Below are positions 1 through 9,758 of a stretch of DNA of 38,987 bases, piece by piece. The notes under the pieces are model-generated. The model was not told the origin of the DNA, searched no databases, and worked only from the letters and a program-made list of their open reading frames with translations. The position numbers and the translations under genes are program-made. The first letter of the stretch is position 1, and every line of letters starts with the position of its first letter. This stretch comes from Candidatus Altimarinota bacterium. Its GTDB lineage: Bacteria; Patescibacteriota; Gracilibacteria; UBA4473. Where the stretch lies: positions 1-38,987 of the forward strand of contig JALVIB010000017.1 in NCBI GenBank assembly GCA_027028725.1, read 5' to 3'.

Positions 1-6
1 CTAAAC

Positions 7-1713
7 CTAGTCTTTATGGTCGCCATTAACATGACCAAAACCTATTCTTATCCCATCCCCAACTTTTCTAATGTTAAACATCTTATGAATTCCTTCCTCT
101 CCCAGACACAAAATTCTTGACAGTACCTTTTTAATAGCGGTGGAGACTTTTTTAATAATTTCCGGTTTTGGTTTGAATTTCTCTAAATCAAAATCAGGAA
201 ATTTTTCGCGGATTTTTGCCAAATGAGTGATGATAGTGGAGGTTTTTAATCCGCGTATTTCAGCGATTTCAGCTAAATCTTTTCCTTCAGCAATCAAGTT
301 TTTGGTTATTTCGGCAGTGGGGATTTTTTTCGCAGAAGAAATCTTAAGTCCGGACTTAAACATATTTTTATCTCGTAACAAGTCCGGACTTGATTTCTCT
401 TTTACAAAATCCCGCGAAATTTTTTCCAATTCTGCTTCGGGAATGTTTTCATAAACTTTTTCAATTTCCGCGGAAAGTTGCTGAAACCGCTTATCCGCTG
501 CCATCGCCAGCTCATCCATTTGTAAAACATTACCGTTCGCGCCCAGTAATTTCAATCCGCCCCAACTTTTGACCCGTGACAGGGCGACATAACCTTGCCC
601 GCACTCAAAAGTTTTCGACAAATCCATCTCCGCGCGCTCCAAAGTCATTCCTTGCGATTTATGCACTGTAATTGCCCACGCCAAGCGAAGCGGAATTTGC
701 GAAAAAGTCGCGAGATTTTGCCCGAACTCGTTCGTCACCGACCAATCTTCCGGTTTGGCGACAATTTCCCGTCCGTCCGCAATTTCTACGACTGGCCAGC
801 CGTCCGGCGTAATCCGCGAAATTTCGCCCAGAGTCCCGTTGAAATACCCTTTTTCGTAATTATTTTTCACAAAAATCACTTTCGCACCGACTTTTAATTC
901 CAAAACTTCTGGTGCCAGAACAGATTTCGCCAAAGTTTTGGCAAGTGTTTTATTTCCCGCGAATTTTCCAAAAAACATTTCAACCGGTCCGGGAAGTTTT
1001 TTCAATTCCTCGCGATTAATGCGGTCCACATCAGCATTGTGCGTATAAAGTTTTATCGCGAAATCTTCCGAATTTTCGCGGGATTCTTCCAACTTTTCCA
1101 GCAACAAATCCTGCGCCACATCAGAAATTTCGCCACTCCGCATTTCGTTCAAAATATCGGTTAGAGCGCAATCTGCTTGCCGATATTGTTCGGTGATATA
1201 ACAAACTTTCAAATCCGCTTTGACCCAAACCGGCGACATAAAAGCGAATTTTTCGCGGGAATTTAACCGCTCGCGACTGACAGGCGGAAGCTGAAAAAAG
1301 TCGCCTGAAAAAATCACTTGAATTCCGCCGAACGGCTCAAAACTGACTTTGAAAAACCGTAAAATCTGGTCGATACAGCCCAAAGTTTTTTTGGAAATCA
1401 TTGAGATTTCGTCGATTATCAAAACCTCAACTTGTTCCAAACGCTGGCGAACTTTCTTTTTTTTCGCGATTTTTTCCAAATCGCGTTCGGTGATTTCTTC
1501 CTTAATTCCCAAGCCTGACCACGAGTGAATTGTTTGTCCGCCCAAATGTGTCGCCGCAATTCCGGTGGACGCGGTAATCGCCACCGGCACTCCGTTTTTA
1601 CGGAGATAGTTGATGTATTGGTTCAGCACATAAGTTTTCCCCGCCCCTGCCGATCCTGTCAAAAAGACATTTTCGCCAGCTTTCATGATTTTGAGCGCGG
1701 TGGATTGTTTCAT
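7..1713 (-). CDS. Pif1/RecD-family ATP-dependent DNA helicase with C-terminal helix-turn-helix domain
   Basis: Long ORF with Walker A GSAGAGKTY, motif II LIIDEISM, FGG..GDFFQLPPV and C-terminal ITVHKSQGMT. I moved the start to MKQSTALK (ATG, rc of 1711-1713), because the ORF-track extension to 1827 runs through intergenic repeat elements. Confidence 0.85.
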   Translation of the reverse strand: MKQSTALKIMKAGENVFLTGSAGAGKTYVLNQYINYLRKNGVPVAITASTGIAATHLGGQTIHSWSGLGIKEEITERDLEKIAKKKKVRQRLEQVEVLIIDEISMISKKTLGCIDQILRFFKVSFEPFGGIQVIFSGDFFQLPPVSRERLNSREKFAFMSPVWVKADLKVCYITEQYRQADCALTDILNEMRSGEISDVAQDLLLEKLEESRENSEDFAIKLYTHNADVDRINREELKKLPGPVEMFFGKFAGNKTLAKTLAKSVLAPEVLELKVGAKVIFVKNNYEKGYFNGTLGEISRITPDGWPVVEIADGREIVAKPEDWSVTNEFGQNLATFSQIPLRLAWAITVHKSQGMTLERAEMDLSKTFECGQGYVALSRVKSWGGLKLLGANGNVLQMDELAMAADKRFQQLSAEIEKVYENIPEAELEKISRDFVKEKSSPDLLRDKNMFKSGLKISSAKKIPTAEITKNLIAEGKDLAEIAEIRGLKTSTIITHLAKIREKFPDFDLEKFKPKPEIIKKVSTAIKKVLSRILCLGEEGIHKMFNIRKVGDGIRIGFGHVNGDHKD

Positions 1714-1832
1714 CGTGTGAATTGTAGAGGTTTTTGGAAAATCCCGCGAATTTAACCCCCTCGCCCCCTTGTCAGGGGGGAAATATAATACGCAAAGCAG
1801 CTTTGTAGACGCAATGACGCGTCGCACTTTCT

Positions 1833-1850
1833 AAAATCCCGCGAAATTTT
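1833..1850 (+). repeat. Perfect 18-nt copy of the dispersed motif AAAATCCCGCGAAATTTT (exemplar, intergenic)
   Basis: Read directly at 1833-1850. It is one of about 110 copies of the core CCCGCGAA/TTCGCGGG in the window. Confidence 0.95.
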
Positions 1851-2126
1851 TTAATTTCACTTCCCGCCCAAGAGTTTCTCGCACGATGGCGGGATCTCTT
1901 CTTTTTTCAAAGTTTGTTTACATTCTCCCTCCTAGCAGGAGGGAGAGAGAGGGCGGTAGAAATATTTTGAAACAACCCTTCCCGAGTACTCGGGACTAGG
2001 AGAGGGAGTTCAAAGGAACAGGATTTGTTGTTTTTTCGCGGGATTTTTAATTATCTATGAAATTCTTTTGACAATATTGCAAATATTTGTTTTATTGTGT
2101 GCGATATATTTTTTAACAACTACAAA

Positions 2127-2792
2127 ATGAGAAAAAATGAAGAAAGATTTGAGCTTAATGAAAACATGGCTGTCAAAAATTTAAGAAATGTTTTAAAAGA
2201 AATTATCAAAAAAGAAGGATCAGGAGAAGAGGTAGCAGAATTGATAGATCGTGCTAAATCAATTATTGCAGAAAACATAAAAGTTGCAGATTTTGGACAT
2301 AAAAAAGCCCAAAAACGATTTGAGAAACAAGGAAATCCGCGAAAAGTTAAAAAATTAGGTAGATTAAATACTAAACTAAAACAACTTGAAGATAAAATCC
2401 CGCGCGATTATTGGAAAAATTTTGATGCAGAAGAAATACTAAATGCGGTTGAAGAGGTTTATTTTGAAAATAATAAAAAAGAAAAAGACGATATTGTTCC
2501 TGTTGGAGATGTTCAAAAAGTAGTTCATGGAAAAGTTTATAAACAAATATTGCCATCTGTAAATCCCGCGAAAAAATCTATTCAAGTTGATAAAGGTAGT
2601 ATGGCGGAAGTTCAAGCAAAATCAAAAATTGAAGAGGCGGCGCATCAAGAAAGAAAAATTACAAATCCTAAATGGATGGGGAATGAGAAAATAGGGGTTA
2701 GAAAAGGAAGAAGAAAGTTTTTAGAAGGAGTTGAAAATATAAAAAGAGATTTAAATCGAACTTATGGGATAAATAGTTTAACAGGTTTATAA
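2127..2792 (+). CDS. Hypothetical Lys/Glu-rich protein
   Basis: ORF 2097..2792, for which the ATG at 2127 (MRKNEE) is preferred over the GTG at 2097. No recognisable family. It contains motif copies at about 2397 and 2561. Confidence 0.5.
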   Translation: MRKNEERFELNENMAVKNLRNVLKEIIKKEGSGEEVAELIDRAKSIIAENIKVADFGHKKAQKRFEKQGNPRKVKKLGRLNTKLKQLEDKIPRDYWKNFDAEEILNAVEEVYFENNKKEKDDIVPVGDVQKVVHGKVYKQILPSVNPAKKSIQVDKGSMAEVQAKSKIEEAAHQERKITNPKWMGNEKIGVRKGRRKFLEGVENIKRDLNRTYGINSLTGL

Positions 2793-2808
2793 AATTTCGC
2801 GGGATTTT
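2791..2808 (+). repeat. Perfect 18-nt copy of the motif in reverse orientation (AAAATTTCGCGGGATTTT), overlapping a stop codon
   Basis: Read directly; it begins within the TAA stop of the 2127..2792 ORF. Confidence 0.95.
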
Positions 2809-2819
2809 TATATTAAATC

Positions 2820-3203
2820 ATGGAGTTAATAGAAAAAGAAATCAAAACGGATTTTGGATACGCTAAAATGTCTGTAGTAAAAGATGAAGGGGTGTTTCAA
2901 GGATATTTAGATAAAATTGTATCATACAAGAGGGGCTGTGGTCATGAGATTATGAAAATAGTTTTGGAATGGTTTTATCAACAAAAAGTCGATGAAATTT
3001 TATTACAGATTACGCCTTTAGGAGATGTTTCAGCGGATAAGTTAGTAAAATTTTATAAAAAAGAAGGATTTGAGGTAATTGCTCGTTCAGGGCGAATGAC
3101 CAAGGAATATTTAGAATTTATAGTTAAAGAAAACTTTAAAAATTTCGCGGGATTTTACCGCGGATACATTCCGATTCCCCCTGCTAGATTGACGATTTTG
3201 TAA
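2820..3203 (+). CDS. GNAT-family N-acetyltransferase-like protein
   Basis: 127-aa ORF with a KRGCGHEIM (R/Q-x-x-G-x-G/A-like) motif and FYKKEGFEVI, typical of the GNAT core. Its 3' end overlaps the convergent rhodanese gene by about 49 nt. Confidence 0.55.
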   Translation: MELIEKEIKTDFGYAKMSVVKDEGVFQGYLDKIVSYKRGCGHEIMKIVLEWFYQQKVDEILLQITPLGDVSADKLVKFYKKEGFEVIARSGRMTKEYLEFIVKENFKNFAGFYRGYIPIPPARLTIL

Positions 3204-3478
3204 TCGGGGAATTGGGGAGCAATTTGTTTTTGCAGATATCCTGATGATCCGCCCGAGTGGCAATAAAGCACAAAATAAGTTCCTTTGGGGTATTTTCCCG
3301 CGAAAATTTCGTTGGAAATCGGGACGGCGTCTTCAACCGGATGATTAATCATATCGACCAAAACTACTTTGTCGCCAAGTTCTTCTTTTTTCTTGAAATA
3401 CTCGTCCCAAGTCCAGCTTTCCGCACCACCACCAAAGATAGAGCAGGCGTTTGAGTCATACATTTCGTTGATATCCAT
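3155..3478 (-). CDS. Single-domain rhodanese-like sulfurtransferase
   Basis: 107-aa ORF with VVLVDMINHP...YFVLYCHSGGSSG...IVNLAGGIGMY, which is the rhodanese fold pattern with an active-site Cys loop. Confidence 0.7.
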   Translation of the reverse strand: MDINEMYDSNACSIFGGGAESWTWDEYFKKKEELGDKVVLVDMINHPVEDAVPISNEIFAGKYPKGTYFVLYCHSGGSSGYLQKQIAPQFPDYKIVNLAGGIGMYPR

Positions 3479-3745
3479 GTTTTTTGGCTAAAATTTCGCG
3501 GGAATTTTATTTTGTTCGGTGTTTGTGGCAAATGTTTTTGAGTTACATAAGATGATTGATTAAAGAAAAATCCCCCTCAATCCCCCTTTAAAGAAAGGGG
3601 GAAGTTCCTCAGAAAAATAAACAAAGAAATTCCTTTAGCTCCCTCTTTTTTCAAAGAGGGCGGGGGGTGATTTTATAATTTCGCGGGATTTTGCCCTCAC
3701 CCCCACCCTCTCCCCAAGGGAAAGGGAGTTATTTGGAATTTATAA

Positions 3746-3773
3746 TTGACAAAATACCCCCTGTGGGTATAAT
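3746..3773 (+). promoter_or_regulatory. Sigma70-type promoter (TTGACA, 16-nt spacer, TATAAT) for the CsoR-family gene; transcript probably leaderless
   Basis: TTGACA lies at 3746-3751 and TATAAT at 3768-3773. The ATG at 3781 is only 7 nt downstream of the -10 element. Confidence 0.6.
3754..3770. promoter_or_regulatory. Inverted repeat ATACCC-N5-GGGTAT, a CsoR/CstR-type operator overlapping the -10 element
   Basis: The sequence ATACCCCCTGTGGGTAT was read directly. It has the same TACCC...GGGTA arm type as published CsoR-family operators (recalled from memory, e.g. B. subtilis copZA). Confidence 0.55.
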
Positions 3774-3780
3774 CCGGGCG

Positions 3781-4011
3781 ATGAAAAAAATTCAAAATCG
3801 GTTAAAGCGATTAGAAGGGCAGATTCGCGGTTTGCAAAAACTGCTAGAAACTGCCGATGATTGCGAAAAAATCATCATTCAGTTTTCCGCAGCGAAGTCG
3901 GCGCTGGATAATTGTTATGCGCTTCTGCTTTCTGAAAATCTCGCGAAATGTTTTCGTAATAAAGATAATCAGGATTTGGAGAAGTTGTTGAAATTGATAA
4001 TAAAAAAATAA
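3781..4011 (+). CDS. CsoR/RcnR/CstR-family (DUF156) transcriptional repressor
   Basis: KKIQNRLKRLEGQIRGLQKLLE..DC..IIQFSAAKSAL...ENLAKC. The two Cys are 29 residues apart, as in CsoR and CstR. The start is set at the ATG at 3781, because the upstream ORF extension crosses a hairpin repeat and the promoter. Confidence 0.85.
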   Translation: MKKIQNRLKRLEGQIRGLQKLLETADDCEKIIIQFSAAKSALDNCYALLLSENLAKCFRNKDNQDLEKLLKLIIKK

Positions 4012-4072
4012 GCACCTCACCCCCGCCCTCTCCTAGAAGGAGAGGGAGTATAAATAACTTTCAAATAAGGAA

Positions 4073-5620
4073 ATGAAAAAAATTCTAATGTTATCGGCTC
4101 TCGTGCTACTCTTCGGATGTAGTCAAACAGAAAAACCGCAGGTGGAGCAACCAAAATCCCGCGAAATTTTTACACTCAAAGCAGAAACTGTTGCACCAGT
4201 TCTTAATCTAACTGGAAATGTGGAAGCGGAAAAGCAAATTCCAATTTCCGCGAAAATTATGGGGCGAATTGATTCGCTCAAAGTTGATGTCGGCGACAAA
4301 GTTTACAAAGGACAAATTCTCGCGAGATATTCCGCAGTGGATAATGATTCTTTGGCGCGGTATCAAAGCGCTTTAAGTCAATTCAAGTCAACCGAAGCGT
4401 CTGCCGAAAATGCCGTCAATACAGCGGAAGTTCAACTAGAATCGGCTGAGCGCGCTTTGGAACAAACCAAAAAAGAAGAAGAAGTTCAGCGCAAAAAACA
4501 ATACGACAATTTATACACCAATGCGAAGTTGTCCGAGATTACGATTTCTAATGTTTTAAATTTTTTAGACAAAAACTTGGAAGCTTCCAATAAATTTGAA
4601 GGAATGAGTCCGTACGAAAATGTTTTGGGGCGGAATAATTCTATTTTGAAAAATAATTTAAAAAACCGCGTTGAGGAACTAGTCCGAAATTTCGCGGGAT
4701 TTTCCAAGACCGAACCAAAATCAGAGCAAGCAATCCTAAGTTTCGCCAGTGAGCGACTGGATTTTTTACGCAAAGTGAAAAGTGCTTTACTAGATTTTGA
4801 TTCCTTAGTTCGGGGGACAGTCTCTTCGCGAACTTTTCCCGAAGCTGTGAAAAACGGGTTTGTTGCCGAAACCGCGAATTATTTACAAGCGATTTCGCAA
4901 GCGATTACTAATTTAGAAAACTTTATCACTGGAACGAAAGTGATGGACGAACAACTTGGCTTGAAAGTTTTAGCCATGGAAAATCAGCTAGAATCCGCGA
5001 AATCTGGGGTGGAACTCGCCAAAGCCAATGCCGAAAATCAAGTAGTAGCGGCGCGTTCGCAGGTTAATATCGCTTCCACTTATCAGCGAGAAATGGTGGT
5101 CAAAGCACCGTTTGCTGGAGTAATAATTTCGCGGGATATTGATATGGGGCAACTGGTTTCCCCTGGTCAGAAATTATTTGAGTTAGCGGATATGTCCGGT
5201 TTCAAAATCAAAACTGATGTTTCTGATGCTTACGCGGCGATGATTAAAATTGATATGCCGGTAGAAATTTCTGTCGATGGTTTGAAGGAAAATTTCGCGG
5301 GAATTGTGACCAAGGTAAATCCAGCGCTTGATCCGCGGACACGAAAATTGGGAATTGAAATTACTTTCCAAGAAGATGAGGAAGCCGAGGAAAACATTTT
5401 AGATAAACTCAAAATCGGGTTATTTGCACGGATTAAAATTCAGTTACCGGAACGAGAAACTTTCAAAATCCCGCGAAATTTTGTCCGTTTTGACTACGAC
5501 GGGGCAAAAATTGAATTAGAAAACGGGGAAGTGAAAAAAGTTGATATTTTGTCCGAAGAAAAAGGTAAAGTGGAGATTTATTTTGATGGGATTGAAGAAG
5601 GACTAAAAATTGTTAATTAA
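4073..5620 (+). CDS. Efflux RND periplasmic adaptor (HlyD/MFP family) lipoprotein
   Basis: Lipobox LLFGCSQ, a long coiled-coil middle region, barrel-sandwich motifs (GQILARY, VKAPFAGVI), and a position directly upstream of an RND pump. Confidence 0.85.
   Translation: MKKILMLSALVLLFGCSQTEKPQVEQPKSREIFTLKAETVAPVLNLTGNVEAEKQIPISAKIMGRIDSLKVDVGDKVYKGQILARYSAVDNDSLARYQSALSQFKSTEASAENAVNTAEVQLESAERALEQTKKEEEVQRKKQYDNLYTNAKLSEITISNVLNFLDKNLEASNKFEGMSPYENVLGRNNSILKNNLKNRVEELVRNFAGFSKTEPKSEQAILSFASERLDFLRKVKSALLDFDSLVRGTVSSRTFPEAVKNGFVAETANYLQAISQAITNLENFITGTKVMDEQLGLKVLAMENQLESAKSGVELAKANAENQVVAARSQVNIASTYQREMVVKAPFAGVIISRDIDMGQLVSPGQKLFELADMSGFKIKTDVSDAYAAMIKIDMPVEISVDGLKENFAGIVTKVNPALDPRTRKLGIEITFQEDEEAEENILDKLKIGLFARIKIQLPERETFKIPRNFVRFDYDGAKIELENGEVKKVDILSEEKGKVEIYFDGIEEGLKIVN
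4153..4170 (+). repeat. Perfect 18-nt motif copy inside a CDS (translated KSREI)
   Basis: AAAATCCCGCGAAATTTT was read at 4153-4170 within the adaptor gene. Confidence 0.95.
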
Positions 5621-5680
5621 CAAAAAACCCCTAAATCTCCCGCTTTGCGGGAGACTTTTTGCTAAAAATAATTTAAGAAA

Positions 5681-8600
5681 ATGAACAAAATTAAAGAAAC
5701 AAATTCAAGTAATCTTTCTCCCGCCTTGCGGGAGGCGAGGGGGTTAAAACTAAACTTTGCCGGTAAAATCGCGAAATTTTTCCTAGAAAATCGTCCGTTG
5801 ACGATTCTGATTTTGGTCGGGCTAATTTTCGCGGGATTTTTGTCCTACAAAATGACTCCAAAGCAGTATAATCCGACAATTTCCATGCCGGCATTTACCG
5901 TTATTGTCGATTATCCCGGAGCTTCGGCGGAGGAAGTCGAAAGATTTGTCACCCGCGAACTTGAAGAAAAAATCGCGGATGTTCCCGGAGTTGATAAGAT
6001 TTTTTCTCAATCGATGGACGGCGGGCGTGCAGTTTCTTTTGTCCAATTTTTAGTTGGGGAAGATTTTGAAGATTCTCGCGTGAAATTGACCAACAAAGTT
6101 TTGGGAAATCTAGATTTGCGACAAGGAATGATTCAAACACCGCTAATTAAATCAGTTTCCGCGGACGATGTGCCAGTTTTAACGATTGGTTTTTCTGCGA
6201 AAAATTTATCGCAAAACCAAGTGCGGGTGCTGGCTTACGACATTATGAACCAGCTCAAAAAAGTGCCAAATGTCGCGAATTTAGATATTCACGGTGGAGA
6301 ACCGCGGGTCTTGAAAATTTCCCTAGATCTAGGGCGAATGAAAAATCGCGGGGTTTCCGTGCAGGATATAAAAAATGCGATTTTGGCGAATAATTTCCGT
6401 TTCCGAACCGGGAAAATCGAAAATCCCGCGAATTTTTTTGAAGTAGAGGTGAACGGAGAACTAACCGATCCCGAGTCCGCGAAAAAAATTACCGTTGTGC
6501 CGGGCGTGAAATTAGAAGATGTCGCCAAAGTTTCGGACGGATATCGAGAAAAAACTTCTTTTGTGCAGGTTTTCAAAAAAGATGGCGTGCAAGACACGGT
6601 TTTTGTTTCTCTCGCTAAACGAAAAGGATCAAATGCGCAAACCGTTGTCAAAGACGCGCGGGAAGCTTTGTCGCGAATTATGGCTAACGAAAAATTCGCG
6701 GGATTAGATTTTCACATTTATCGTGATGAAGGAGAAGTTTCGCGGAAAGCAATTGGTGGATTGATGCAAAATCTAATCTCCTCAATTCTGATTGTTTCCA
6801 TCGTTCTGTGGCTGTTTCTCGGACTTCGTTCAGCTTCAATTGTGGCGATTGCTATTCCGCTGACGATGGCGGGAGTTTTCATTATCGGGTATTCCGCGGG
6901 GAAAAATATCAACCGCGTGACTTTGTTTGCTTTGATTTTATCGCTGGGACTTTTGGTCGATTCGGCGACGGTCGTGGTAGAAAACATTTATCGGCATTTG
7001 CAGGAAAAAGCAAAATCCGCGAAAAAATCACTTCAAGTTCGGCGGGAAGCAATTGTCGAAGCGGTAAATGAAGTGGGAATCGGATTATTTTTATCAACTT
7101 TGACTTCGGTGATTGTCTTTTTGCCGACTTCCAACCTGTCAGGAATGATGGGAGATTACATGGGACCATTATCTTTCTTTTTGCCGATGGCGTTGATTGT
7201 TTCCATGTTGGTCGCCTATGTTTTGACGCCTTTTTTGGCTGATGTGATTTTGCCAAGAGACCTCACCCCAAACCCTCTCCTAGAAGGAGAGGGAGCTAAA
7301 AGGAATTTATCATTTTTTGACCGCGTAACAGAAAAATATTCTAAACTACTGACTAAAATTTTGGATAAAGATAAATTCCGCCGATTCTTTTTGATAACGA
7401 TTTTTGGGGCATTGTTTTTAGTTTTTACTTTTCCTGTTTTGAAATTAGTGCATTTCAAAATGCTCCCTTCGGCGAACAAAAACCAATTCTTTGTTTACAT
7501 CGACGCGCCACAAGATACAAATTTCCCGCAAACGCAAAAAATCGCGGGATTTATCAGCAAAGAACTTCTGAAAAATCCGGAAATTGTTTCGGTGCAAAGT
7601 TTTGTCGGCACGGCTTCCGTCGTGGACTTTAACGGACTTTTCAAAGGAGCGAATTACCGCATTGCACCGTATATGGCAACTTTGCGGGTGAATTTAACCG
7701 ACACAGATGATCGTTCGATTAAATCAACACCACTTCTGGACGCGGAACGAGATAAAATTCTCGCGAAAATTTCTAAACTTCAAAATAGTACCGTTTGTCA
7801 GGGGGAAGCTTGTGAAAATCCCGTGAAAAATAGCCCTCACCCCAACCCTCTCCCCGAGGGAGAGGGAGATATAAACTTTTACGAAACTTTGAAAAACACC
7901 ACTTTCAAATTCTTGGAAGATCCACCGGGTCCGCCGGTGCGGGCGACTTTGATGGCTAAAATTAAAGGTCCAAACCGCGAGCTTTTGAAAAAAGTCGCGC
8001 GTGATGTAGAGGAAATGTTCCGCAAAACTGATCGCGTGGTGGACATTGATACTTCTATCAGTGACAATGTGCGAAAAGTTTCGTTTCGCGTAGATCACGA
8101 AAAAGCTTTGGAAGCGGGGATTACGACCATGCAAATTTATGAAGCGTTGTCGGCAATTACTGCGGAAAAAAATATTTCCCAGTTCCACCAAAAAGATTCA
8201 CCGGAAATGATTGACATTACTTTGAGCGTGCCACCAGAAAAACGCGATAAATTGGAAGATTTGACCGAAGTTTACATCAAAAATTTCGCGGGAAATATGG
8301 TGCCGCTTTCCGCTGTCGTTCGTAAAGTGGAAACTCGTCCGGAGGAAGTTCTTTATCTCGACACACGCGATGAAACAATTTATGTGACGGGGGAATTGAA
8401 AAATCGGAGTGTGATTTACGCGACAATTGATTTGATGTTTGATATTTTTGATTACGATTTTCCGGAAGGTGGAAAAATCGTGGATTGGAGTTTGTACGGA
8501 TTTGATTTTGAGACAAAATCCCGCGAAATTTACCATATCGAATGGGGTGGAGAACGCGAGCTGACTTTGGATAATTTTCGCGACTTGGGATTGGCGATGT

Positions 8601-9136
8601 TGATTGCGTTTATCGCGATTTATGGTGTGCTAGTGGCGCAGTTTGAGTCTTTCAAAGTTCCGCTTCTAATCATGAGTACGGTTTTCCTCGGATTTTTGGG
8701 AATTATGCCGGGATTTGCAATTTTAGACAAAACCCTCGGAACTTTCCTAACCGCCACCAGTTTGATTGGATTTATTGCCTTGATGGGGATTGTGGTGAAT
8801 AACGCCATTATTTACTTGGAATATTTTGATATTCTACGCGACCGCGGAGTAAATTTTCGCGATGCTTTATTTCAAGCCGGAAAAACTCGTTTGCGACCGA
8901 TTGTTTTGACTTCCATGACAACGGTTTTGGGAAGTCTGACCATTATTAACGATCCGGTTTGGTCGGGATTGGCGTGGACAATTATTTTTGGATTATCAAT
9001 TTCCGCAGCTTTCACACTAGTGGTTTTCCCAGCGTTAATGGCAAGTTTTCCGCCAAAAGTTCGTGACGAAGACCATTTACTCAAACCGAATCCGAAAGCA
9101 AATTGTGCTTGTGAAATTAAAAATCCCGCGAAATAA
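5681..9136 (+). CDS. RND efflux transporter permease (AcrB/CzcA/CusA superfamily)
   Basis: 1151-aa ORF with a 12-TM RND layout and conserved segments (ALILSLGLLVDSATVVVENI, LIGFIALMGIVVNNAIIYLE). It carries in-frame hairpin-repeat insertions at 5718-5734, 7261-7295 and 7834-7868. Confidence 0.9.
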   Translation: MNKIKETNSSNLSPALREARGLKLNFAGKIAKFFLENRPLTILILVGLIFAGFLSYKMTPKQYNPTISMPAFTVIVDYPGASAEEVERFVTRELEEKIADVPGVDKIFSQSMDGGRAVSFVQFLVGEDFEDSRVKLTNKVLGNLDLRQGMIQTPLIKSVSADDVPVLTIGFSAKNLSQNQVRVLAYDIMNQLKKVPNVANLDIHGGEPRVLKISLDLGRMKNRGVSVQDIKNAILANNFRFRTGKIENPANFFEVEVNGELTDPESAKKITVVPGVKLEDVAKVSDGYREKTSFVQVFKKDGVQDTVFVSLAKRKGSNAQTVVKDAREALSRIMANEKFAGLDFHIYRDEGEVSRKAIGGLMQNLISSILIVSIVLWLFLGLRSASIVAIAIPLTMAGVFIIGYSAGKNINRVTLFALILSLGLLVDSATVVVENIYRHLQEKAKSAKKSLQVRREAIVEAVNEVGIGLFLSTLTSVIVFLPTSNLSGMMGDYMGPLSFFLPMALIVSMLVAYVLTPFLADVILPRDLTPNPLLEGEGAKRNLSFFDRVTEKYSKLLTKILDKDKFRRFFLITIFGALFLVFTFPVLKLVHFKMLPSANKNQFFVYIDAPQDTNFPQTQKIAGFISKELLKNPEIVSVQSFVGTASVVDFNGLFKGANYRIAPYMATLRVNLTDTDDRSIKSTPLLDAERDKILAKISKLQNSTVCQGEACENPVKNSPHPNPLPEGEGDINFYETLKNTTFKFLEDPPGPPVRATLMAKIKGPNRELLKKVARDVEEMFRKTDRVVDIDTSISDNVRKVSFRVDHEKALEAGITTMQIYEALSAITAEKNISQFHQKDSPEMIDITLSVPPEKRDKLEDLTEVYIKNFAGNMVPLSAVVRKVETRPEEVLYLDTRDETIYVTGELKNRSVIYATIDLMFDIFDYDFPEGGKIVDWSLYGFDFETKSREIYHIEWGGERELTLDNFRDLGLAMLIAFIAIYGVLVAQFESFKVPLLIMSTVFLGFLGIMPGFAILDKTLGTFLTATSLIGFIALMGIVVNNAIIYLEYFDILRDRGVNFRDALFQAGKTRLRPIVLTSMTTVLGSLTIINDPVWSGLAWTIIFGLSISAAFTLVVFPALMASFPPKVRDEDHLLKPNPKANCACEIKNPAK

Positions 9137-9209
9137 CCCCCTAACCCCCTTATCAGGGGGAAATAGATGAGCAATAATTTAAAAGTAAAAATTTTAACCC
9201 CTATATAAA

Positions 9210-9641
9210 ATGAAAAAATTCTTATCAGAAAAAGTTTTGGGCAAAATCGCCTACAAAATTTCTACCGACAAACCGTTTGAGGAAGTTTTCCAAAAACTTG
9301 AAAAAGCTATTACAAATAACGATTTCAATATTATCACCACTCATGATATGCGGAAAACTTTTGAGAAAAATAATTTGGAAATTTCGCGGGATTTTCAGTG
9401 TCGCATTGTGGAATTATGTAATGCCAAAAAAGCGCACAAAGCGTTGGGAATGAGTATGGATTTGGGGATTATGATGCCGAAAAGTATCATTATTTCCCGC
9501 GAAAATAACCAAACAGTTCTGCGCTACATGCAGATGAAACCGTGGATGGTGGGAATGATGTTTCCGGATATAAACATTGCGCCGATGTCCAAAAAAGTGA
9601 TGGCGACTTTGAAAAAAATCGTCCACGAAGCGGTGGCTTAA
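9210..9641 (+). CDS. DUF302 domain protein
   Basis: 143 aa with a pattern typical of DUF302 (ITTHDM..., RIVELCNAK.A...L......G.MMP..I.I). Confidence 0.7.
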   Translation: MKKFLSEKVLGKIAYKISTDKPFEEVFQKLEKAITNNDFNIITTHDMRKTFEKNNLEISRDFQCRIVELCNAKKAHKALGMSMDLGIMMPKSIIISRENNQTVLRYMQMKPWMVGMMFPDINIAPMSKKVMATLKKIVHEAVA

Positions 9642-9758
9642 AATCCCGCGAAAAATTCTCTCCCGCCTTGCGGGAGGGCTTCAGTCTTCGCTAAAGCTTC
9701 GACTGACAAGAGGGTAGTGGTAAAAAAATAAGTCATTTAATTCTTAACTAAACATAAA

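Noticed and set aside
1714-1827. N-terminal extensions offered by the ORF track (helicase to 1827, CsoR from 3691, PilD to 27641, L28 to 22850, FtsX from 34232, PurB from 20492)
   Set aside because: The extensions run through intergenic repeat elements or promoters. Conserved N-termini begin at the internal ATG codons.
7261-7868. Hairpin insertions in the RND pump as an intein or intron
   Set aside because: The segments are only about 35 nt long. They lack splicing motifs and belong to a dispersed intergenic hairpin family.
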